Shown here one piece after another: positions 30,714-41,700 of a stretch of 64,000 nucleotides of DNA. This stretch comes from Fibrobacteria bacterium. GTDB taxonomy: Bacteria; Fibrobacterota; Chitinivibrionia; Chitinivibrionales; FEN-1185. The stretch covers positions 64,001-128,000 of the forward strand of contig JBBIGR010000006.1 of assembly GCA_037447435.1 (NCBI GenBank), read 5' to 3'. The stretch's first letter is position 1, and every line of letters begins with the position of its first letter. The translations under genes and the position numbers were made by a program. The notes below the pieces were generated by a model. That model worked only from the letters and a program-made list of their open reading frames with translations. It ran no database searches and was not told the origin of the DNA.

Positions 30714-32135
30714 TTACAGTTTAGGATCGACGATTGATTGTTTGGACAAACGATACACATAGCTGCCGGATGCGACGGTTTCCAGCGCTTTAAGGCCGGA
30801 AGGGTTAACAATTCCGTTGACAATAGTCATTTCGCAAATTGTTTTCCCTTGCAATGTAAACAGTCGTACTTTGAAATTTCCCGAGGCGGGTATTGCCGAT
30901 TGCCAAGGGGAACGGCCATAGATCCCGTGTTGGAAATAAAACACGTCTGTTTTCTGATCTGCCGTTTCCATCCGTCCATGCACCGTTTTTGAGACCGACG
31001 TCGGAAAATATCCCAAATCGGCATGCGTCAAGGTAGACCATTCGACAAAATGGTCTTCGCTGGTGCCGACAGGGCGGTTTTTGGTCGTCACGAACTTGTC
31101 GGTTACCGGAATGGGAACCTTTGCCCGGTACATATAATGGTTCCGCCCTATTTCCCATCCGGGCCCGTGGAGATCGTCGCCGCTGCAGCTGACCGCACCG
31201 CAGGATTGCCCGACATTGAGCGGCGTTCCTAAAAATTGATTCGCCATGAATTCCATGCCCATTGCCAATCGCGGAGTCGTTTGCGCATCCAGTTTGATTC
31301 CGTACAAATCAACGCCCTGATGCCAGGCGATTTCGGCAGCCTGCATCATCCCGATCAGGTTATATTCTTCATGATTGCAATCACGGCACGTTTCCATGAC
31401 CAGTCCTGTTTTTTCTACCTGATAGGGCAGTAAAAATTCATAAAACGCCCTTCCCGCATTGAACTTGGCCGTGTCATTTTCGAAAACACCTATGGCAAGC
31501 ATTGACTCTGCGGCAGACGAGCCCCAGTTATTGGTACGTTTGTCCGCGTAAATTAACTTAGTATAATTATACAAAGTATCCATCATTCCGCAAAACATCG
31601 CGATGTCGGCGCTTGCCCACCCTGCGGCACCTTTATTGTAATACCGAATGATTTCCGCTCCTGCAATCCACGTCGGAATGACCCAGGCAGCTTCGAGTTG
31701 TCTTTGCGCATCGGAAGGAGTCATACCCCTAAACACTTTGCTCCACGCATTATAAATCTGTATGGATTTGTCTTTGTTGGCACTGTTTCCGGTAATGACC
31801 CATTGCAGGGCATGAGCATAACCTGCCTGAGCGGCATCACGGAAATTCGCCTCATCCGCCCCCACTCCCGATGCGACAACCGCTACTTGAGTCAAAGGAT
31901 TGGGGTTATAGGAAAGGTTTGCATCGTAAAATGATTTCATCGTCGTATAGCCGGTTTTCATCGGCGACGCGGCGCTTGCATTGACCGTTGCTTTAATGAA
32001 ATCCAATTCTTCCTGGGAATTTAAAATCCCCGGATGATTGAATTGGCATTGCGCTGAAAAGGCCATATACAAAAACAAAATCAAACCAGAAATTATTATT
32101 CTGGTTTGCAATACTCTGATTTTTTTTTCCGGCAT
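30714..32135 (-). CDS. Secreted alginate-lyase-domain (PF05426-like) polysaccharide lyase with T9SS-like tail
   Basis: FNHPGILNS, AYAHAL-type helix, AEIIRY, NNW, ETCRDCNH, AEIAWHQGVDLY. Confidence 0.75.
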   Translation of the reverse strand: MPEKKIRVLQTRIIISGLILFLYMAFSAQCQFNHPGILNSQEELDFIKATVNASAASPMKTGYTTMKSFYDANLSYNPNPLTQVAVVASGVGADEANFRDAAQAGYAHALQWVITGNSANKDKSIQIYNAWSKVFRGMTPSDAQRQLEAAWVIPTWIAGAEIIRYYNKGAAGWASADIAMFCGMMDTLYNYTKLIYADKRTNNWGSSAAESMLAIGVFENDTAKFNAGRAFYEFLLPYQVEKTGLVMETCRDCNHEEYNLIGMMQAAEIAWHQGVDLYGIKLDAQTTPRLAMGMEFMANQFLGTPLNVGQSCGAVSCSGDDLHGPGWEIGRNHYMYRAKVPIPVTDKFVTTKNRPVGTSEDHFVEWSTLTHADLGYFPTSVSKTVHGRMETADQKTDVFYFQHGIYGRSPWQSAIPASGNFKVRLFTLQGKTICEMTIVNGIVNPSGLKALETVASGSYVYRLSKQSIVDPKL

Positions 32136-32552
32136 ATCGCCTCCGAATGTTTTTCATAATTTAACCGTTAAAACAAAAAAATGCGGTCAGGCCCAATGCT
32201 TTTATATTCTCAAAGCATTTTTCTTTTGTCGAAATTTGTATACGGGGAGTTCCCACAATTGGAACCGATTTACTTTTTCTTAATTATCCATGCTAAAACG
32301 GTTTTTAACAATCATTAATTAAGAAAAACAGAGCCCCTATATCGAAAATGTACAGCAACCCCGGGAAAAAGCTATTTACATTTCAATCTGTTTTATATAC
32401 AAAGCACATAACACCTACATTTGTATACGCTTTTTGTATACATGTAATATACACAACTTGTGACTTTTGAACATAAAATTAATGGTTTTATCAATAGCCT
32501 TTTCTAATATTTTACCGGTTATTATACATATCAAGAAAGGACAATATAAGAA

Positions 32553-34754
32553 ATGAACGATTTAAACCGAATAATAAAAATCCTTATCCTTAGTCTTTTT
32601 ATCCTGCATTCGGCATTTGCTATTGACGATTCCTATAAAACCACATTAACAACCCTTTGCGATGCTTTGCTCCCCACTCAAATCACCGACAAGACAAACG
32701 CAAATTACGGTGCGCTTATTTGCCCGTCGAAAAATCCCGATGTCAACAAAATCCATTCGCGCGCTGCAGAAGCGGTATACCCTTTTGCCGTTGAGTATAC
32801 CTTGACGGGGAACACAAAATACCGGGACGCGGCAGTCATTCTGGGAAACTGGCTCGTTACAATACAGGAAACAACGGGAAAAATCGGAGGGTGGAGCGAA
32901 GATTGGCCCGATCCGACACAGGCCGGTTGGTATGGAACAACGGCGGATCAATTGATTTCACTTGCCGGCGCATATCCCATCGTAAAACCATTTCTGAGCG
33001 CGACCGAAAGCGCCAACTGGGACAACGCAATAGGAAAAGCGGCGGACTATGTAAAAGGGAGTTTTCCCGTATCTAATGTAAATTACAACGCGATCGGCGG
33101 GGCTGCGCTTTTTCTCGCATCCACGGTCGTGGCAGCCCCGAAAACATCATGGGTCGCGAAAGCCGACACATTGATAACAAGGAATACGTTCGACAGCATC
33201 GGCACCGACAATTTGCTCCGCGGCGAGGGCAAGGGCGTTGACGAAGGGTACGATATGGCCCAAAGCATCGGCTACGTGGCGTTGTATTCGATTCTTGCGA
33301 AAAGTGCCGTTGCCAAACAGAAAGCAGCCGACATGCTGCACGCGCATTTCAATTTTGTCTATCCAAACGGCTCGGTGGACAATTCCTGGGGAACGCGGTC
33401 CTATAAATGGGGCTATGAAAGCGGGACAAAAACCGCTCCCGGCGTCTATTTCAGTTTTGCATTGCTTGCCGACGTCGACCCGGCCTTTGGTGCGGCCGGA
33501 TTGCAATGCCTCCAATATCTCGGGACAAAATGCCTCGACAACGGCTGGGTCACCTACGGTCCGCATGCACATAAACATGCGTCAAGCAATCCGCCGTGCA
33601 ATTACCAGACATTCGCTCGCGCCCAAAGTATCGCCCTTGCAATCGAATACGCTCCGTCGGCAACGGCGACTTCACCGTTTCCCGCACAAACATTGAACTG
33701 GTACAAATTTTTCCCTTTAATAAACGTTGCGGTCGTACGGACCAAAAACATCATGGCAACGGTTTCGGCGTACGGAGAAATAAGGACGTATTCTCGCAAT
33801 ACGGTTCCAAAGGGAGGGAGCGTATCCAACCTTTGGTATACGGGATTCGGCGATAACGGTTACTTGCAATCGTCGTCCGCAACGATTTACACACGAACGG
33901 AAACGATGCACATGCCGACCGAAGACAATCCGGTACCGCTTCCGTTGACACCTCGAATAGAATGCACCGTGGCCGCATCCTACTACACGAACCTGTTTGA
34001 GACAAACGCAACCATGAACGTGACGCAAAACAGCGACAATGTCGGCGTCACGACCTCGGGCAAGTTCACATCGCAAACCGGCACCACTGCGGGAATGAAT
34101 TTCACGGTTTCCAACAAGTTTTTCGATTCCAAGGTGCAAAAGCAATATTCGGTTTCGGGAGCCGCAGGCTCGTTTAAAATCATTGAACCGTTTGTCAATG
34201 ATTCCGGAACGGTTTTTACGAAATCGGGAACGAACACCGTTGCGATTACCCCAAAATCCGGACCGACGTGGACATTGACCGTAGACAGCGCGACCGTCCC
34301 TTATTCTTTGACAACCGGTACCGATTCGTCGAGATACTGGTGCCCCTTTCCGGGAATCGAAGCATATCCGGCAATCATCGCTTTCACCACGACCAACGCG
34401 AATACGCAAACGATAACGCTGTCGATAAGCGGTCCTGCAAACGTGCCTAGTATGTCGATTGCTACGGATGGTAAATTTCCGAACGCGACTCCCCCCTTAA
34501 AACTATTTCCCCGCAAAAACGGTATGATTGGGATTCAATGTCATCTTGACAAAGAAGCGTTTGTGGTAATCAACGCGTTTTCGATGAATGGAAAACATAT
34601 AGCAACACCCTATGCCGGGCATCTGAACGCCGGGGTTTCGACTATTGGTTGGAACGGCAAAGATCCTGCGAATAGACCTGTTACACATGGCATTTGCATT
34701 TGCTCAATGAAAATCAACGGAGTACAAGCCGCTTTGGATATTTTGAGGCTGTAA
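32553..34754 (+). CDS. Secreted 733-aa protein of unknown function with FlgD/T9SS-like tail
   Basis: Signal peptide; helical N-terminal half, beta-rich C-terminal half; tail FSMNGK..WNGKD. Confidence 0.8.
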   Translation: MNDLNRIIKILILSLFILHSAFAIDDSYKTTLTTLCDALLPTQITDKTNANYGALICPSKNPDVNKIHSRAAEAVYPFAVEYTLTGNTKYRDAAVILGNWLVTIQETTGKIGGWSEDWPDPTQAGWYGTTADQLISLAGAYPIVKPFLSATESANWDNAIGKAADYVKGSFPVSNVNYNAIGGAALFLASTVVAAPKTSWVAKADTLITRNTFDSIGTDNLLRGEGKGVDEGYDMAQSIGYVALYSILAKSAVAKQKAADMLHAHFNFVYPNGSVDNSWGTRSYKWGYESGTKTAPGVYFSFALLADVDPAFGAAGLQCLQYLGTKCLDNGWVTYGPHAHKHASSNPPCNYQTFARAQSIALAIEYAPSATATSPFPAQTLNWYKFFPLINVAVVRTKNIMATVSAYGEIRTYSRNTVPKGGSVSNLWYTGFGDNGYLQSSSATIYTRTETMHMPTEDNPVPLPLTPRIECTVAASYYTNLFETNATMNVTQNSDNVGVTTSGKFTSQTGTTAGMNFTVSNKFFDSKVQKQYSVSGAAGSFKIIEPFVNDSGTVFTKSGTNTVAITPKSGPTWTLTVDSATVPYSLTTGTDSSRYWCPFPGIEAYPAIIAFTTTNANTQTITLSISGPANVPSMSIATDGKFPNATPPLKLFPRKNGMIGIQCHLDKEAFVVINAFSMNGKHIATPYAGHLNAGVSTIGWNGKDPANRPVTHGICICSMKINGVQAALDILRL

Positions 34755-34805
34755 ATACGCCGGTTGCGTTGGCATGGCATTCGGAAAAGCCCCGAGTGAA
34801 ATGCT

Positions 34806-36263
34806 TTACTTGTTAAAAATACGGAAAGAGGAAACCGTGCGGCCCGTGCCTATTTGCACGGCATAACAGCCGGACGGATAATTTCTTAAATCAAGTACCC
34901 GATTCGATTGCGTCTCCGGTTTGGCCAGAATTTTTTTGCCTGCAAAATCGTACACTGAAATTCCGACCGGTTTATCCGCGGGTGAATTGACAATAAACAA
35001 ACCTTTTTGTGCGGACGGAATAATTGCCGGCCCGCTCACAATTGCTTTGCGACCTGTTTTAAGAGCAATGTTATTCGTCGCATCGTCTACGGCCTTGAGA
35101 CGAAGCAATCCTTCGAGGTAATAATAATCCGCATACACGAGCGGGACATCGATTTCCGAGGCCCCGGGCAGGTTTCCCGTCGAATGTTTGAGGATGAAAT
35201 TACCGTTGGTATTGGGCGCGGCAAAATAAGCGGATGACGAAAGACTCGTCAGAATGGCTCGCGCTTTCTGCACATAGGTTGCTTGCTTGACTTGATCGGC
35301 AAATCCACTCAGTTCAATAAGGGCCGAAGCTGTCACTGCTGCAGCGGAAGCATCGCGGGGCGGATTGGTTGATGCGGGTGCATCGTAATCCCATAGGGGA
35401 ATGAGGTCGGACGGCAATTTCGGACTGTTGAGGATATACTCTGCGATACGGCAGGCCTGATTGAGATACGCAGTGTCATGCGTTTCTCGGTACATGAACG
35501 TGTAACCGTAAAGCCCCCATGCTTGTCCGCGGGCCCATGACGAGGAATCGGCATAGCCCTGATAGGTTTGCTTGGCAGTGACAGCGCCGGTCGTGGAATC
35601 GTAATTGACAAGATGATAACTGCTGTAATTAGGCCGGAAATGGTTCTTTTTTGTCGTGTTCGCATGGTTAATGGCGATTTTGATATAACTGCTGTCTTTG
35701 GATTGTCCGGTAACGTGACACAGCAATTCAAGATTCATCATGTTGTCGATGATGACCGGATATCCGGTGTAAAAGTCCCAGGATTTGATCGCTTTGACCG
35801 TTGAGCGGTAACGGGTGGACAACGACTTGGCACCCTGCAACAGAACAGCCTCGTATTTGGCTTTGTCGGCAGAAGAAACAAACGGCAGACCTTTTCCGTA
35901 ACTGCAATACAGAATAAAGCCCACGTCATGGGAATTTGTTTTGTATTTTGCGGAATCGAGCGAAAGCGTCCATTGCGACGCGCGGGACTTCCAAACGGAA
36001 TCCCTTGTGTAATCGTACATTTGCCACAGGCAACCGGCGAAAAATCCGCTTGTCCAATCGGAATAGACCACGGTTTTGACCGTATTGTTTGCGTTGATGG
36101 TGCGAGGAAACGCTTTGGTACTGCTTACGCTTGCGACCAACCGGGCCAATTGATTTTTAGAAGAATCGAGCGCAGTTATATAAAAAGCATTTGCCGCATA
36201 GGAAGAAAACGACAACGCAACGGCGTAAATACCGATTTGGCGTATGATTCGAAAGTTTTTCAT
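34806..36263 (-). CDS. Secreted GH88 unsaturated glucuronyl hydrolase with T9SS-like tail
   Basis: DWTSGFF, HDVGF, IIDNMMNLELL, WARGQAWGLYG, RDASAAA, YADYYYLE; start MKNFRII. Confidence 0.93.
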   Translation of the reverse strand: MKNFRIIRQIGIYAVALSFSSYAANAFYITALDSSKNQLARLVASVSSTKAFPRTINANNTVKTVVYSDWTSGFFAGCLWQMYDYTRDSVWKSRASQWTLSLDSAKYKTNSHDVGFILYCSYGKGLPFVSSADKAKYEAVLLQGAKSLSTRYRSTVKAIKSWDFYTGYPVIIDNMMNLELLCHVTGQSKDSSYIKIAINHANTTKKNHFRPNYSSYHLVNYDSTTGAVTAKQTYQGYADSSSWARGQAWGLYGYTFMYRETHDTAYLNQACRIAEYILNSPKLPSDLIPLWDYDAPASTNPPRDASAAAVTASALIELSGFADQVKQATYVQKARAILTSLSSSAYFAAPNTNGNFILKHSTGNLPGASEIDVPLVYADYYYLEGLLRLKAVDDATNNIALKTGRKAIVSGPAIIPSAQKGLFIVNSPADKPVGISVYDFAGKKILAKPETQSNRVLDLRNYPSGCYAVQIGTGRTVSSFRIFNK

Positions 36264-36316
36264 AGGTTTCCTATGCAGGTAAAAAGTCACACAACCGCAC
36301 TTGTTCCCCGTAACGC

Positions 36317-37759
36317 CTACCGCGTTCCCTGAACCACTTTTTCGCTTCTGACAACCTTATCGTTTTGCATGATGCAGCGGATAAAAACACCGTTTGCCGA
36401 CGGCGCTTTACCGGCAACGGTATGAATCAGTTTTCCGGATGCCGAATAATATTTGATTTCCTGGTTTTTGCGCAATAATGAAACATTGCCCACCCCGGTC
36501 CCGCTTCCCGGACTTTGCACCTTTGTGGGAGCTGGAATTGCGAAAAGAGTAAAGTCTCTCAGCGTTTTGATCGATTTTTGGTTCGGCAGTTTTTTCAACT
36601 GCTGTTCGTAATAGCTACCGCCGTATTTCAGGGTGGCCATCCGAAGCATCGGCAGAAATTCGGAATAATCGAACGGGTCGGCCGCAGGATCGACATTTCT
36701 TGTCCAATGCACCGCAGAATCGGCATAAGGTGCTATGTAATCGATTGCCTTTTTCAGGCTTTGCCCTTTGGGGCCTTTGTAATTCCAAAGGTCTATATTG
36801 ACAAATTCAGCCATTCGCGCGAGACGGAACATTGCCTCCAAATTAAAGCACAGATAATGCAACGGCCGCGTACGCGCAGATTCCTGCGGTTGATCCCCGT
36901 TTGTATCGATTTGGGTATTTATACGGGTTTTGACGCCGTTTAAAATAGTCGTTGCAACCGTTGTCTGGCCCAGGTACAGGGCATAATACGCTGCCTGCAC
37001 ATCGTACCATGTTCCATGATTATTCGTCGCATTCTTTTCCTGTAAAGCCATCGAATTCGTGGAAAGCCAGTTTAAATAGTCGGTGAACCACTTGTTCAGC
37101 GTATCGTCGGATGTTTTGTCCCAATAGGGAGTTCCTTTTAAAAGGCTCACCGCGTCAAGCAAACCCCTGTTGGTGCGGGAGGCAATAATACCCTCCGGAC
37201 GCCCTGTAGAAACGCCGGGCCAGGCCTGAGCATAGTTCATATTGGGATTCATTTTAGTTGCGGCATTTAAAAACCAAACCTTGATGCACGTATCTATTTT
37301 TTGAGCATATTTCGGATTTTGGGTAAAATAATACGCAAAGCCCATTTGTTCCATGCATCGCTGCATTGTTTGAAAACGGTTGTCGTCGTAGGCCGGTCCT
37401 TGAGTCGCAGGATTTGTTTGTCCGTCTTTTGACAAATAGGGTAAGCCATTGCTTTTAGTCGGATCGGGCCATAAATAAATCCCGATCCCGTAAAAATCAT
37501 GCTTATTACCGCTTGCGCCGACCAATGTTTTATCCATGACGGTCCACGGCCCCTGTTGGATCATACTGTCGGCATCATGGATGATTTTATCATAGGAAGT
37601 TATGAAGGTGGAATCTTTTGCGGCAAGAGCGGTTTTAGCCTGTTTCCACACATCGGCATAGTAATTAAATACCTTAAAAGTCGCAGGATCTGCTTGCGAA
37701 AAAGCAAACGAAGTGAGACATGCAATACCGCACAATGTCAAAATAACCTTTTTATGCAT
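36317..37759 (-). CDS. Secreted alginate/glucuronan lyase (PF05426, PL38-like) with T9SS-like tail
   Basis: SGNKHDF..YLWPDP..DGQTNP, MNPNMNYAQ, NNHGTWYD, QESARTRPLHY. Confidence 0.85.
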   Translation of the reverse strand: MHKKVILTLCGIACLTSFAFSQADPATFKVFNYYADVWKQAKTALAAKDSTFITSYDKIIHDADSMIQQGPWTVMDKTLVGASGNKHDFYGIGIYLWPDPTKSNGLPYLSKDGQTNPATQGPAYDDNRFQTMQRCMEQMGFAYYFTQNPKYAQKIDTCIKVWFLNAATKMNPNMNYAQAWPGVSTGRPEGIIASRTNRGLLDAVSLLKGTPYWDKTSDDTLNKWFTDYLNWLSTNSMALQEKNATNNHGTWYDVQAAYYALYLGQTTVATTILNGVKTRINTQIDTNGDQPQESARTRPLHYLCFNLEAMFRLARMAEFVNIDLWNYKGPKGQSLKKAIDYIAPYADSAVHWTRNVDPAADPFDYSEFLPMLRMATLKYGGSYYEQQLKKLPNQKSIKTLRDFTLFAIPAPTKVQSPGSGTGVGNVSLLRKNQEIKYYSASGKLIHTVAGKAPSANGVFIRCIMQNDKVVRSEKVVQGTR

Positions 37760-38001
37760 AAAACGTTCCTTTTTAATTTTAAGATTGCTACGTATTAAAC
37801 ATCGGTGTTATTCGCATAAAATGCTATTGATGATTGCATCTATTTTATGTACAATAGTCACAATTACACATTTATGAACTATGGTGCTCTCTTTAAAGCA
37901 TTTTTAAGTATATAACAGCACATGTTTTTTCTATTATTTGTTGTTTGGCTGGGTGATCGGCATTATCGGGAAAATTTATCAACAGTTTTGGGGAAAAGAA
38001 T

Positions 38002-38700
38002 ATGGCATCGCAAATCCGAATCGACAGAATGCTTTCCAACCTCGGTTACTGTACGCGCAAAGAAGCAAAAGCGCGCGCAAGGGACGGAAGGATTTTAAAT
38101 AAAGGTATACTCGTCACCGATGTCTCGGCGCATGCGGATCCGCATGATATCGTCATGGACGACGAACCGTTGGACCATCCCGACGGCATTTATATTGCGC
38201 TCAATAAACCGGCAGGCCTGGTTTGTTCGCATGAAACAAGGGACGGCACCAATGTATACAGCCTGCTCCCCTGGCAATGGCTGATGCGGAACCCAAAAGT
38301 TTCGAGCGTGGGAAGACTTGACAAAGATACTACCGGATTGTTGCTTATTACGGACGATACGGCATTTGTCCATCGCATGATAAGCCCCATACACCATGTG
38401 AAAAAAGTGTATCTGGTGGAACTGGACAAACACCCGGACGATTCCCTCATTGCTCAATTTGCAAGCGGTACGATACTTTTGGAAAAAGAAACAAAACCCT
38501 GTAAACCTGCAGGCCTTAAAATCCTCGGCAACAGGCAATGCGAGGTCACGCTTTTAGAGGGAAAATATCATCAGATCAAGCGTATGTTTGAAGCTTTTGG
38601 CTATTCGGTGACCAAATTGCATCGGCAAACATTCGGCAATTTATCCGTCGATGGTATTTTGGAAGGCCAATACGTGGAGTTTGACCCAAAGAGCGTCTGA
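38002..38700 (+). CDS. rsuA: RsuA-family rRNA pseudouridine synthase
   Basis: S4 domain, LNKPAG, GRLDKDTTGLLL, EGKYHQIKRMF. Confidence 0.85.
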   Translation: MASQIRIDRMLSNLGYCTRKEAKARARDGRILNKGILVTDVSAHADPHDIVMDDEPLDHPDGIYIALNKPAGLVCSHETRDGTNVYSLLPWQWLMRNPKVSSVGRLDKDTTGLLLITDDTAFVHRMISPIHHVKKVYLVELDKHPDDSLIAQFASGTILLEKETKPCKPAGLKILGNRQCEVTLLEGKYHQIKRMFEAFGYSVTKLHRQTFGNLSVDGILEGQYVEFDPKSV

Positions 38701-38748
38701 ACATTAAAGCCCTGTCTGCCGAATGGTAAACAGGGCTTTTTTTAATGT
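38701..38748. terminator. Bidirectional intrinsic terminator
   Basis: ACATTAAAGCCCTGT..ACAGGGCTTTTTTTAATGT between convergent genes. Confidence 0.8.
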
Positions 38749-38760
38749 GACGTTACCCTA

Positions 38761-41700
38761 TTACTGAATAATGCGAACCATTTTCTGAATTCTTCCGCTT
38801 TGCGTGTTCAACCTGAGCATATACATCCCTGCCGGTAAACTGGTAAGAACAGCGTTAGGACCAATTGAGCCCGTAGCCACGATGTTTTTAACCAATGCAC
38901 CTTTAACAGAATACATCGCAAGTTCATAGGAACCCGACGCAGGAAGTATGAATTGGATTTCATGCGAATTGACCGATGTCACATCGAGCTTATATTCCCG
39001 CATGTGTCGCGTTTGCACAACGTCGGTTGGCAGCGGTGCGGAAGCACCCATAGAAGCAAGGACACCGTAAACCTTGAATTCGAAAAGAGAATAACCGTAG
39101 GCGGTAGTACGCGCCGTACCGTTCATCCGGATATACCGTGCGGAACCGCTTAGATTGGTGATATCGTCGGTACGCGCGCCGGTCGCCATATTCGTTTTGG
39201 TCGAAATGGCCGACCAGGTGGAACCATCGGTCGACACATCGATCGTGTAGTTCTTGGCGGAAGCAGCTTCCCATGTAAGTGTCACGCGGCTGATAGTATA
39301 GGTTGCGCCCAAATCAATGCGAATCCATTGCGGATCGCTGAACAGGCTGGCCCAGCGGGTTGTCGAATTGCCGTCGTTGACATTGGATGCTTTGAGAAGC
39401 GTGCCGTTATTGGTTTCCTCACTCGATGCCAAAGCAGTTTTACCTTGCCCTATTTCAACGGGTGCCGGTACCGCAGCGGCAACGTCGAGGTAATTCAGGT
39501 TGAACCCGCCGGTGGTCATATTCATTTTTAACAAATGATACCCCGCCGTAAGCGTTACCCCCTTGACCGGCAGGTCTTTCCAAACCTGATAGCCGGACGC
39601 GTCGGTAGAGGTGAAGGTTCCGATCGTTGCGCCGTCCACGGTCACGGTCATGGTCTTTGTGCCTGTTCCGCCGCAGGCCATTCTCGCGGTAAGGTCATAG
39701 GTTCCCGCCGCGGTAACATTGACATCATAGGCAAGCCACTCGCCTGCCGAAGTCCAACCGACATCGTACCCCCCGCCGGCATCCTGGGTGGCTTCGATAT
39801 CCACATTGTCTGTTTTGTAAACGTTTCCGGAATTGCCCGTCGTCAGATCGTGATAGCCGACCCCTTCGCCGCCGGCATTGTAATCTTCGGCCTGGATGCG
39901 CCCCGGTAAAACGACGCCTTTTATGCCGTCGTTGTCGACAATGGTCAGCGTGGCCGTTGCCGGACTGCCCAAGATTGCCCCGCCGCTCACGGCGCTCAAG
40001 GTCAAATTCACGGTTTCATTGCTTTCCACCGCGGCATCGTCCGTGATAGGCACGGTAAAGCTTTGACTTGTTACCCCTGCCGCAAACGTGAGCGTACCTG
40101 ATACCGCGGCGTAATCCGACCCTGCGGTTGCGGTCCCGTTTGACGTTGCGTAATTGACCGTAACGGATCCGGTGCTGCCGCCCGTACGGTTAACCGTGAT
40201 CGTTGCGGTACCGGCGTTTTCGTTGACAGAATAAGACGTATTGCTGAATGCGAGCGTTCCGGGGACCGGGGTGCTTTTCCCGTAGACCTCGAACGAGTAC
40301 AGTGAATAGCCATAGGTCGTCGTGCGGACGGTTCCGCTCATGCGAATATAGCGGGCAGAAGTCGCCAGATCGCTGATGTCGTCTGTCCGGGCTCCGGCAG
40401 CCATATTGGTTTTCGTCGATACCGTGGTCCAGGCGGAACCATCGCCCGACACATCGATGGTGTAATTCTTTGCAGACGCAGCTTCCCAATAGAGAACAAC
40501 GCGATTAATGGTATTGATTGCGCCCAAATCGATTTTAATCCATTGCGGATCGGCATACGCGCTCGACCAACGAGTGGTACCATTCCCATCGACGGCATTG
40601 GCGGGAATATTGGTGGTGTTTTCATTGCTCGACGATGTCACGGCCTTTCCACGCGCAAGGTCGGTCACTCCGTCATTGTCGATAAAAACCAGTTCGATTC
40701 CCGTGCCTGTTGCGGGATTGAGGTTTCTGCTGTATTGACGGGCTGCGGCATTGTTCCAATGTTCGCAAACGCCAAGACTTGCCAACCGCGTCGTGTTGCT
40801 GCTGTGATTGGGATCATAAAAGGTCCCGGAGGGAGGATTATCGGCCTTAGCTCCTTCGATGAGGTAATCCTCGACTCCCGCCATTTGCGGGTATTTTCGG
40901 CTGTCGCCGTCGAGCTGCATGAGATCGAACATAACGCTTTCGAGCGCGATCGGGTCCTGGGACCCGAACAAGCTCGACGTCCAGTCGTTGTAAAACGGAA
41001 AGGTTGTCCATTTACGGGGCGACACATCGTCGGGATGCGCCCCGCTGTACAATCCGTCAACGAGACACAGCATTGTTTTTCCGCCGAGCTGGGCATGGCC
41101 GAGTAAATCCACCAAAACGCGATATTTTCCGGAACCGGATTGATTGACCGGTAAGGATGTGTGCAGGTCATAATATCCGCTTTGTCCGGGCAGGCGATAT
41201 AAAGAACCGAAATGGTTTTTTGCCACGCCCGTAAATCCCGCCATTGAATGACTCTTGAAATTTGAAAAATTGATGAGGTAGGTGGCGTCGACATAATGCT
41301 GCGGGATATAATCCTGCGTAATGCCTGTAGGACGGGAGCTGAAATACATGGGAACGGACGACTTTGTCACCTTTGTCCTGCCGTTTGTTCCCTGATAATC
41401 CATATATTTGATATTCGGGAATTCGGCATGAACGTAATTGTAATATTCGTTGGGAAACAGGCAAATCGGGTCGCCGATCGCGATATCGGATTGCGCGACG
41501 CCGACCACGTTGACAAGCTGACGGAAAAGAGCCATCATCATCATCGGGGACGTATTCATGTAATCGATTTTATTGACAAGGCTATAGGTGGATGTGCTTA
41601 CGTTTCCTTCGGAGTAAATGCAGCCGACCATGTTCGCTTTAATTGCGATTTTTTCTCCCGCAGTATACCCGACATTACCTCTGCCATGCGTCGAATTGTA

